DNA of 64,000 nucleotides from Candidatus Falkowbacteria bacterium (GTDB lineage Bacteria > Patescibacteriota > Patescibacteriia > Patescibacteriales > UBA12465). The stretch is taken from assembly GCA_037134915.1 (NCBI GenBank), contig JBAXLJ010000002.1, forward strand, positions 128,935 through 192,934, in the 5' to 3' direction. The notes beneath the pieces are model-generated. The model saw only the letters and a list, made by a program, of their open reading frames with translations, was not told the origin of the DNA and searched no databases. The position numbers and the translations under genes were made by a program. Of this stretch, positions 38,901 to 45,825 are shown piece by piece; the stretch's first letter is position 1, and each line of letters starts with the position of its first letter.

Positions 38901-40648
38901 AATATAATAATTCTGGGTTTATAGAAATATTAATTATTCAAATTACATTGCGTTGTATAAGATTTTCAGTTTTTATAGGTGAATCTGGATGGCCACAATT
39001 TTGGAAAGTTTTAAAGGATAATTTACTTATTTATAAAGATAAAATAGATTTTATAAATGGTGTTAATATGAACAGTAGTTATAATTCTGATTTATCAAAA
39101 ACACATCAACCATATCTTTATGATTTATATAATTTAATAAATGAAAATTTAAAATTTATTTCAGATAATTTTGCAAATAAAGTTGAGTTTGCAATTAAAA
39201 ATATTGAGTCAATATTAGGGTATGACTATATTAAGAATAATACCGATATAATGGAAATAATTGTTCGAGTATCTAATATATCGAATACTAATCTTAAGGA
39301 TAAGGTCGATATATATCTCACTGAATTGTTCAAATATAGAAAGAATGAATCTTTAGATAATATGACAAAGAGTGAGAATCTTCAGAATCTCGCTACTTTA
39401 GCCGCGAGTAAGAATTGTAATTTTTTAGCAGAGAATATTTTTGAGCAAAGTTTAAAATATTCCAAAGGTCTTTGGAGTAAGGAAGATTTTCGTTTTTATA
39501 ACTTTGTTGACTCAGCAAGAACGCAAAATAAAGAAGAATTGGATTTTGTATTAAAATGTATAAATAAGGTTTCTGACGTTGTTGAAGGTGGTTGGTATTG
39601 GAGAATTGAATTTTTGGAATCGGCAACATATATGAATTATGAATTAGCCTTAGATTACGCTTATGAATTTATAATAAATGGGGAATCGAGACAAAATGAG
39701 GCGTTGAGCAGAATTGTAAAAACTTATATTAAATTTTACCCGTACTCTAATATAAATAATATACTGCCAATTGCGGAACTTATTAATATAAAGGATGAAA
39801 GCGGTTATAGTATATATGAAAGTATTTCTTCTGTAGCGTATGCATTAATTAAAGCCGCCCTTGTAAATGGTGATTTATTAACTGCACGTAAGTTGGTGAT
39901 GAAATATTTTAGTAAAGCCCTAACTGATTTGACTCCAGGTATTAGAATCAGTGTGTTTAGAGATTTTTTGGCTTTTGCTAAAGTGTATCCAGGGCTTGCA
40001 AAAGAGATAATATTTTTTGAAAAACATATTAATCATCTTGAGAGTGCAGGATTTAAGGTGGAGCAAGAAACATCTTCTAAATATGAAGTTACTTATAATG
40101 ATATCGATTTAAAAAAGTTTAAAGAATTGGCAAAAAATAATAAAGTTGAAAAAGTCATACAAATGATTGATTCCTATGTCAAAAAACCTGCTTATTTTGT
40201 TGATAATTTAGTGTCATTAATAGTTCCGCATCTTAGTACCACTTCGATTGAACGTATTATAACTTGGGCAAATGAAAATAAAATCGATCTAGTTGGTTCA
40301 ATTTTTTATATTTCGTTAATAAGAAAGGCTGTTTCTGAAAACAACAGCGTATTTCTAAAGAAAATCATAATAGAAATTTTTAAGTTCCAATCAAATACTG
40401 AGTCTTTTCGAACGTCACATTTTATAAAAGATTTAAATAATATAGATTTTCCTGGTAAACGCCATTTAATAAGGCGCTTACTTTTGGTAAGCCTTTGTAA
40501 ATATTCTGGGGATAATTATTCTTTGCCAGGTCTCTTTTTATACTCATCCGATGCAATAGACGACAATATGCCGGAGTTAAAAAAATTTGGCTATGATACA
40601 TGGAAAGAGGTTGCTAAAAATTCAATGAAACTTTCACTATCAAAATGA
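35945..40648 (+). CDS. 1567-aa multidomain protein: N-terminal PD-(D/E)xK (Cap4/DUF4297-like) nuclease domain, central P-loop STAND-type NTPase, and a C-terminal helical region of about 1100 aa
   Basis: Nuclease-like pattern RIDDL (aa 54-58) ... EVIQIKH (aa 68-74). Walker A FSPSGSGKT (nt 36818-36844). Walker B KIVIIVDALDQ (nt 37118-37150). The rest is leucine-, isoleucine- and lysine-rich with no further motif I recognise. Confidence 0.7.
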   Translation: MLHKQEKKSNRNEDVAFYFEKLLACFDYLELLNNKSPINRLQIKPDRKYGADRRIDDLTRFNRDNTVEVIQIKHSFVNGTRIGFGDLWVVKKDSVGGKRKEGTNIFKFLKSWRFHKKNGAKQITLTLVSNKDLNTKAKKFFTSIKNLKTKEISWRDFSKQYASEIQSIKDNCIKSTFIDINEIREFISSLNYQKVGDVENLHGLLQEKLADYGITEKEKMDAFINRVTRNFISNNKVDILQSDVVSLIGRVKTGLIHEIMTPNNYISRPELEKKILSAIDLKKNNGGFVFLFSPSGSGKTVLLSRLAEKNPDFLPYFCRIRPFEAVRGKSGYSNINRLSSSWFKVDIIQRCNEFGLVDKTAGIDDDKNYIDKTFDEALTAISKKAISRPGKKIVIIVDALDQVETDKYKGQSVLDAIPLIQYPGVVFLLSTWGGSYLPALIKNTSNFTKKSTNIDLFFSEKEIKEYFKNINIHLTKDQVAIIKLKTKGLAISLFYLANKLKQKHDIDFLINSTGQYDKVFSWYKPIWSSLGTDEQECLGCLCFHLAKVKKEDLRGIVKKSLTPSIFTKLLEKITPFIEVRAGYIEPYHDSFRRFVVSSLAGDKVHFHKLLAKYYSNLGAKSQYKIKYIAKHLEAAGFKDGSVSKIFKQLDESNFFSKILLLNIDDLTKVETGNVFVRFFYKTNDIKSLVKYSILTSNIYPSVYNDISYKKAFIGTEKMISEVAAALAIPKSANEHDQREWVFRRLSIGNLLKKKTDKNSLILSSRFLDDGLFRITINPNLLWGENAKHEFWDNVDIITGAFVNTGQYIRAINFFKKRISPTKKTHKNTGFLLSKVVQIHLQNLNFNRSEVLMQIAKSSKIERLLFYIALWKKKQKNISQKDFLNILDDISMESYFSEDQLLDFAEVLIAFDEKKYANRIKKILMKFSVNIPYYNHNFAYWGDLDNGRNNFLRLMSLKMFVDSKFDFKDYYDVSLKNKFGSRGDFSEYNNSGFIEILIIQITLRCIRFSVFIGESGWPQFWKVLKDNLLIYKDKIDFINGVNMNSSYNSDLSKTHQPYLYDLYNLINENLKFISDNFANKVEFAIKNIESILGYDYIKNNTDIMEIIVRVSNISNTNLKDKVDIYLTELFKYRKNESLDNMTKSENLQNLATLAASKNCNFLAENIFEQSLKYSKGLWSKEDFRFYNFVDSARTQNKEELDFVLKCINKVSDVVEGGWYWRIEFLESATYMNYELALDYAYEFIINGESRQNEALSRIVKTYIKFYPYSNINNILPIAELINIKDESGYSIYESISSVAYALIKAALVNGDLLTARKLVMKYFSKALTDLTPGIRISVFRDFLAFAKVYPGLAKEIIFFEKHINHLESAGFKVEQETSSKYEVTYNDIDLKKFKELAKNNKVEKVIQMIDSYVKKPAYFVDNLVSLIVPHLSTTSIERIITWANENKIDLVGSIFYISLIRKAVSENNSVFLKKIIIEIFKFQSNTESFRTSHFIKDLNNIDFPGKRHLIRRLLLVSLCKYSGDNYSLPGLFLYSSDAIDDNMPELKKFGYDTWKEVAKNSMKLSLSK

Positions 40649-42141
40649 AAACAAAACAATTTATAACTCAATATTTAAAATCACCAATAGTAATTCATCG
40701 CAAGAAGGCATTGGAAGTTTTTTTTAATGAAGCGGATTCTAATTTAGAATTTCGTCAGCAACTCATAAGTAATCTAAAATCAGATAATTATGATATCGTT
40801 TTGAATAGTTTAAAAATTATTAGATCGCTTGTTGAATATAGTCCTAAAAAAATGTTAAGTTGTGGTCCAGAAATAGTATTCCTTGCGAAAAATACTAATC
40901 ACTTTAGAATTGCATATCTTTGTAAAGAAATATCGGATATTTTATATGGAGTAAATTTTATTTCCGAAATGGCATATAAGTCTGTGTGTAAAATAGTTAC
41001 TCCTAATTTTAAGCAGTCTGAGCCAGATGATAAATATTTTAGTTGTAGTTATTTACTTGAATATAAACTGGGTAATAAAGATTTAAAGTATAATCTAGAT
41101 TATATATGTAACGCTTTCAAATTTGAAGGCACAAAGGCAGAAAAAAAAGTCTTTGAGTATATGCATTATCTTGGATATAAAAAAGAAAAAATATACCGAG
41201 AGACAAAACCTATGCGATGGAGAGATGATTACGAAGGGTTTAATTATAAAACAGATTTGTACTATTTTTCAGAACATTCTATACAAATATTTTTGATGTG
41301 GTGTGTGAAAAATCTTCACATCCCTAAGGACGCATGGGATGAATTATTAAAACACGAAAGAGAATGGGATCCAAGTATCCCAGAGTCTACTTTAATTGAA
41401 GGAAAGCCATATATTATAGATAATATTGATTTGTTAAGCGATGCTGATCAGTGGCTTAAAAAACGATTAAAAAAAGAAGATGCTTATAAGTTAATAAATC
41501 TATCTTCTGAATGGACGCCTCTTTATGAAAATACATATATTAAGCACGATGAAAAAATATTTTCGCGATATATTCATACTTGCTGTATAAAGAAGCCTAT
41601 AGGTAAACTTTCAAAGAAAATTGAAATAGAGATACCTTATTATCAGGCCGAAAATTCTTATATAAACGAACTTCCAGTAGAGGCTGAAAAATCTTGTAAT
41701 TTACGTTTGAATAGTTATGGTCGTGACGAGGAATTGAATAATAAGTTAGTGCCTAATTATGGTATTAGTTCTGAGGATTATGACGAATATGTTCGTATTT
41801 TTCCTTCACCAGAAATTATTAAAGGACTTAAACTTCATCAGAGAAAAAACACAATGGAATATTATAGTGGAAATAAACTTGTTATTAAAAGTATTCATTG
41901 GCGCGATGGATATGAACGTAGTGTTGGCGGACGAGGGGAGGACAGGTATCAACTAGGAACGTATGGGCAGATACTTTTAATTAAATCAAAATCCTTAAAG
42001 GATTATTTAAAGTTAAATAAACTTAAGTTACTTGCAAATGGTAATATTCTAAAAAGGAAAGAGAAACGTTATGGTGGCAATTTTGATTACAAAAAAGAAA
42101 ATTCTAGATATAAGAGATTTTTAGTAGAATTTTTTGGTTAA
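40645..42141 (+). CDS. 498-aa protein of unknown function, translationally coupled to the STAND NTPase gene
   Basis: Its ATG overlaps the upstream TGA (ATGA at 40645-40648). The N-terminal 100 aa or so look like HEAT/ARM-type helices. I recognise no catalytic motif. Confidence 0.6.
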   Translation: MKTKQFITQYLKSPIVIHRKKALEVFFNEADSNLEFRQQLISNLKSDNYDIVLNSLKIIRSLVEYSPKKMLSCGPEIVFLAKNTNHFRIAYLCKEISDILYGVNFISEMAYKSVCKIVTPNFKQSEPDDKYFSCSYLLEYKLGNKDLKYNLDYICNAFKFEGTKAEKKVFEYMHYLGYKKEKIYRETKPMRWRDDYEGFNYKTDLYYFSEHSIQIFLMWCVKNLHIPKDAWDELLKHEREWDPSIPESTLIEGKPYIIDNIDLLSDADQWLKKRLKKEDAYKLINLSSEWTPLYENTYIKHDEKIFSRYIHTCCIKKPIGKLSKKIEIEIPYYQAENSYINELPVEAEKSCNLRLNSYGRDEELNNKLVPNYGISSEDYDEYVRIFPSPEIIKGLKLHQRKNTMEYYSGNKLVIKSIHWRDGYERSVGGRGEDRYQLGTYGQILLIKSKSLKDYLKLNKLKLLANGNILKRKEKRYGGNFDYKKENSRYKRFLVEFFG

Positions 42142-42149
42142 TAAAAACA

Positions 42150-42651
42150 CTAAATAATAGTTATATGTTTGTCTCTCATAACCAACTTACTCTTCAAACA
42201 CCCCAAAACCTCTCGTTTTTCCATCATAGAACCATTCTTAAGTACATATTTAGCATAACTTCTGATATCTAAATCTTTTTGTTTATCAAACTCAGTGCCA
42301 GCAACACCGAGTACACCTTTACTAAATTTATAGAACCTACTAACTTCATCTTCAAATTGGTCTTTAATACCAATTTCATTAATATCTATCTCGTCCATCA
42401 GGCTAATCAGTTGTTCAACTAAATCTTCTTCTCGCATAGAATTACTTTTACAGTTAACATCTCGAGATTTAGCACAATTGTAATAAGTATATCTTCTAAT
42501 TGATCCGTCCTGTATTTTTTTTCATCTTTTCTTCAGCCGTTATTCCTGATCCGCACTTACCACATTTAATCAGTTTAGTGAAAGCAAATTCCTTACATTC
42601 GTTTCTGGAAATATTGCCTCTTCTTAATCTATTGTTAGCATTATCCCGTAA
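42150..42651 (-). pseudogene. large serine recombinase remnant (C-terminal zinc-ribbon and coiled-coil part only; 5'-truncated and frameshifted)
   Basis: The minus-strand translation gives ...CKEFAFTKLIKCGKCGSGITAEEKMKK, then stops. The reading continues in another frame as KKIQDGSIRRYTYYNCAKSRDVNCKSNSMREEDLVEQLI.... The frame change is at an A8 run (T8 on the + strand, 42515-42522). No catalytic resolvase domain lies upstream; a stop codon sits at 42652-42654. Confidence 0.7.
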
Positions 42652-42733
42652 TTATTTTGACTTTAGTTAAATTTGGTGGGAAACTTGTACTAAGTAGTTA
42701 AAATCAATTATTAATAATTTGCAAGCCAAGTAT

Positions 42734-43189
42734 ATGATTCAGGGGATTGTAATTGGATTATTATCAGCCGTTCTTTCGTCTTATGCTACAATAAGAATCG
42801 AAAAATATTTAAGTTTTAGAAGCAATCAAAAGGGTTTGTTTTTTGATATTTATATGAAGCTAATGGAGTTGGAAGGGAATTATTTTTGGTTAGCTTCTTC
42901 TGAAATTAGAAAAACACCAGAACCTAAAGAGATATCTCAAAAAGTATGGCAATTAAAGTGGCAAATTGCCGATATGAGCCGGAAACTAGAGGCAAAAGAG
43001 CTTCAAGAAATACTTGAGACTTTATTTATAAACAAATTTAGTCACAGCGAAAGACATGAAAGATTGAATATCTTAATTAGTAAGTTTGGATATAAGGCTA
43101 ATCCTAGATATAAAAATATTATGGCGGAAATATCAAAACAAAATCTAGAGAATAATAAGGAACAATTTGAAAAAATTAAAATAGACTAA
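42734..43189 (+). CDS. hypothetical single-pass membrane protein
   Basis: It has an N-terminal TM helix (IVIGLLSAVLSSYATI) followed by a helical region. Its stop overlaps the next start (TAATG). An alternative TTG start lies at 42719. Confidence 0.5.
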   Translation: MIQGIVIGLLSAVLSSYATIRIEKYLSFRSNQKGLFFDIYMKLMELEGNYFWLASSEIRKTPEPKEISQKVWQLKWQIADMSRKLEAKELQEILETLFINKFSHSERHERLNILISKFGYKANPRYKNIMAEISKQNLENNKEQFEKIKID

Positions 43190-43914
43190 TGGGTAGCCTT
43201 CTTAGTACGGAACGTAAATACAATTTAATATATAATCATTATATAATCCCGGCTTATATTTTATTAGCTGGTTTAATTGTTGTGATATTTCGAACGGTTT
43301 GGTCCATACTTATGGTTGATGATTTATTATTCTGGGTTTTTATTCTTGTTTTATATTCTATATTCTTTCTTGCGTCTATTTCAATTTTAAATAAGGCTTC
43401 AGAAAAAAATGATAATAGTTATGGCATCGGTTACATGGTGGAGGAGCTAGTCGGTACAAAGTTGGCTGCTTTAGGGGAAAATTATTTAGTTACCCATGAT
43501 ATTCAAAAAGGCGGTAAAAAAGGAAATATTGACCATGTAGTTGTCGGCCCAACAGGTATTTTTGTAATTGACTCAAAGTCAAATCGCAATAAGATGATTT
43601 ATTACAAAAATAATGAAAGGAAATTAAGTGAACTGGCTGAAAAATTTATGAATCAAGTAGCCAAAAACTCTCTATGGATTCATGATGCTATTAAAGATGA
43701 TTTAGGGGTAGATTTATTCGTCTACGGAATAGTAGTTAGACCCTTAAATGAAGATAAAAAAATAGAAACTTATTGCAGAAACAGAGTTTGTATTATGGAC
43801 GGTAATACTGTTTATAAGCATATTAAGAATTTTGACGGAAAACTTAGCCCTGAAGAGATAAATAAAATTAATTCATTTTTGTGTAAAATAAAAAGGAAAA
43901 ATAAAAAATTATAA
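43189..43914 (+). CDS. membrane-anchored NERD (nuclease-related) domain protein
   Basis: Two N-terminal TM helices are followed by GENYLVTHDIQKGGKKGNIDHVVVGPTGIFVIDSKS, which matches the NERD signature (...IDH.vv...GifviExK). Confidence 0.7.
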   Translation: MGSLLSTERKYNLIYNHYIIPAYILLAGLIVVIFRTVWSILMVDDLLFWVFILVLYSIFFLASISILNKASEKNDNSYGIGYMVEELVGTKLAALGENYLVTHDIQKGGKKGNIDHVVVGPTGIFVIDSKSNRNKMIYYKNNERKLSELAEKFMNQVAKNSLWIHDAIKDDLGVDLFVYGIVVRPLNEDKKIETYCRNRVCIMDGNTVYKHIKNFDGKLSPEEINKINSFLCKIKRKNKKL

Positions 43915-43918
43915 AAAT

Positions 43919-44635
43919 ATGTTAATTAATCGACCAATTACAACTCTTTTCTTGCTAACCTCTCTTGATGGTAAAATATCAACTAGCAATATTGACTCAA
44001 GAGATAATGACAAAGATCTTCGTAGAGTTGAGGGTGTAAGAGAGGGTATTCAGCAATATTATGATTTAGAGCAAAAAACGGATTTGGTTTCTCTAAATAC
44101 TGGTCGAGTGATGGCTAAAATAGGCATAAATAAACGAAAGAATGAGCCTAAAAAAATGATTGTTGATTTTGTAATTATTGATAATAAGCCTCATTTGAAA
44201 AAAAGTGGGTTGATATATTTATCTAAATGGGTTAAAAACCTCTACCTAGTTACTAATAATAAAAACCATCCCGCTTTTAAACTAAAACTTGATAATATAA
44301 AAATTATATACTACCCTGGACGGATAAATTTTGATAATTTATTTATAAAATTGAAAAAAGAATATAAAATAAATAAAATAACAATCCAGTCTGGAGGAAT
44401 GCTTAATGCCACTCTTTTAAGAAAGAAGCTAATTGATAAAATCTCCTTAGTGATTGCCCCTTGTCTAATCGGAGGTAGTAACACGCCCACATTAATTGAT
44501 GGTGATTGTATTAGAAAAGAAAATGAACTGCTAAATATAAAAGCTCTAAAGCTTAATAGCTGTCATGTTTTAAAACATTCGTACCTGCATTTAACTTATG
44601 ATGTCATCAAGGATACAAATTTAAAAGATAATTAG
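43919..44635 (+). CDS. RibD C-terminal domain / dihydrofolate-reductase-like family protein
   Basis: TTLFLLTSLDGKIST near the N-terminus and TIQSGGMLNATLLRKKLIDKISLVIAPCLIGG near the C-terminus match the RibD_C pattern. Confidence 0.6.
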   Translation: MLINRPITTLFLLTSLDGKISTSNIDSRDNDKDLRRVEGVREGIQQYYDLEQKTDLVSLNTGRVMAKIGINKRKNEPKKMIVDFVIIDNKPHLKKSGLIYLSKWVKNLYLVTNNKNHPAFKLKLDNIKIIYYPGRINFDNLFIKLKKEYKINKITIQSGGMLNATLLRKKLIDKISLVIAPCLIGGSNTPTLIDGDCIRKENELLNIKALKLNSCHVLKHSYLHLTYDVIKDTNLKDN

Positions 44636-44690
44636 TCTTTTATGCCATACGGGGCGCCGAACCTGCTTACTAATCCCATTTGAAGTTTTG

Positions 44691-44722
44691 TTGACAAAAA
44701 GTATATTATATGATATACTTTT
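44691..44722 (+). promoter_or_regulatory. near-consensus sigma-70 promoter overlapped by a 9-bp inverted repeat (operator-like)
   Basis: TTGACA (44691-44696), a 17-nt spacer, then TATACT (44714-44719). The inverted repeat AAAAGTATA (44697-44705) / TATACTTTT (44714-44722) spans the spacer and the -10 element. Confidence 0.5.
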
Positions 44723-44766
44723 TTGTTAGTAAAAATGTATAAATTGAACCTTAAAAATAGAATGTA

Positions 44767-45132
44767 ATGAAAATCATGAATCTTTTAAAAGACCTCTCAA
44801 AAATTTATGCTAATTTAAATGAGGCCGTTTCTATGTGCTACCTGGTTGGCAGCAATGAAATGTTTGTGGAAAATATGATTGTCGGTCAGAGTCTATATTT
44901 GGGCCGAACCTTATTTGATTCTTGTTACCAGGCTAAAGATGCTGGAATTAGTTTAATTGACGCTCAAAAAGAACTAATAGTCAGCAATCAAGAGGCGTTA
45001 GTCATCATGCTGGGCGACCTCTATTTTGCCCCAACTATTTCTGACGGTATCATGTTTGGTAAGGACCTAGCTCTACTGAGAAAAAGCTATTGGGCAATCA
45101 AAGGTATTAATTACCGAATAGAGAAAGTGTAA
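44767..45132 (+). CDS. hypothetical protein
   Basis: 121-aa ORF downstream of the promoter at 44691. I recognise no motif. Confidence 0.5.
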   Translation: MKIMNLLKDLSKIYANLNEAVSMCYLVGSNEMFVENMIVGQSLYLGRTLFDSCYQAKDAGISLIDAQKELIVSNQEALVIMLGDLYFAPTISDGIMFGKDLALLRKSYWAIKGINYRIEKV

Positions 45133-45163
45133 TTTTAAATTTAACAAAAAAGGAGATACTGTA

Positions 45164-45709
45164 ATGAAAATCAACACAATTCTTTTGATTACGCTTGATC
45201 AGAGTGGTCAAGTGATGGCGCAAATACAATCCGGGGTGGTGCCATTTCCACGAATTATTAAAGTTAGTTCACCTCAAGCCTTGGAAAGTGCCTGGAATGA
45301 TGAGCAGAATGGCGAAATATTCTACGATTCAGTCCGTAGTTCTTATATCAACAAAGAACTGGCTGATAAGATGAAGGAGTTAGGAATTAAAGACGGGACA
45401 CAGGTGAGAGTAAAAAAATATCGCTTGGGCAATCAGCCTCAAGAGTACGAGCTCAGAGAAGATTATTTGGACTATTTGCCGGTATCTTTTGAAAGCTGGG
45501 AAGATTTTGCCAGTTGTCGACCTAAAAATGTCGCCTTCTCGATTTTTAGTCCTAACGGGATTATTAAATCTCTTTTCTTCCATCGTTTTATTATCAAGGA
45601 TGCTTTTCCACTGAGTTTTTTTGGAGAAGAGAGATCGGAAAATTGGAACCGTTTTGCTGTTGTCTCAGAAACCGAAACCTCGGCAAAATTTATTATCCCT
45701 TTGGTGTAG
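45164..45709 (+). CDS. hypothetical protein with canonical SD
   Basis: 181-aa ORF preceded by AAGGAG (45150-45155) 8 nt before the ATG, and followed by a terminator. Confidence 0.6.
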   Translation: MKINTILLITLDQSGQVMAQIQSGVVPFPRIIKVSSPQALESAWNDEQNGEIFYDSVRSSYINKELADKMKELGIKDGTQVRVKKYRLGNQPQEYELREDYLDYLPVSFESWEDFASCRPKNVAFSIFSPNGIIKSLFFHRFIIKDAFPLSFFGEERSENWNRFAVVSETETSAKFIIPLV

Positions 45710-45725
45710 CTTAATTTCGAATATG

Positions 45726-45758
45726 ACCCCGAAGCTAAAACAGTTTCGGGGTTTTTTA
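45726..45758 (+). terminator. rho-independent terminator
   Basis: ACCCCGAA / TTCGGGGT stem followed by TTTTTT. Confidence 0.7.
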
Positions 45759-45761
45759 ATT

Positions 45762-45806
45762 AAAAAAACACCGCACCCATGCTTAGCATTAGGTGCGGTT
45801 TTTTTG
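45762..45806. terminator. bidirectional terminator between convergent genes
   Basis: ACCGCACC / GGTGCGGT stem, flanked by A7 upstream and T7 downstream. Confidence 0.7.
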
Positions 45807-45825
45807 ATAGTGATGATTTTTACTT

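Larger units (their letters stand above)
32280..44700. mobile_element. tRNA-Asn-adjacent A/T-rich genomic island (decayed integrative element carrying defence-type genes)
   Basis: It starts right after the tRNA. Composition is visibly lower in G+C: a spot count of 36001-36060 gives 16/60 G+C, against 29/60 at 7021-7080 and 22/60 at 25381-25440. Its cargo is an R-M pair, a STAND NTPase and a NERD protein, plus a truncated and frameshifted serine recombinase at 42150-42651. I found no flanking direct repeat by eye, so the right-hand boundary is approximate. Confidence 0.6.

Noticed and set aside
42400-44760. Searched for a direct repeat of the tRNA-Asn 3' end (an attR-like site) at the distal end of the island
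   Set aside because: I saw no copy or obvious partial copy of GGTTCGAATCCGACCCCGGGAGCCA by eye. The G/C-rich bit GGGGCGCCGAACC at about 44651-44663 does not fold or align as a tRNA fragment. The island boundary is therefore left approximate.
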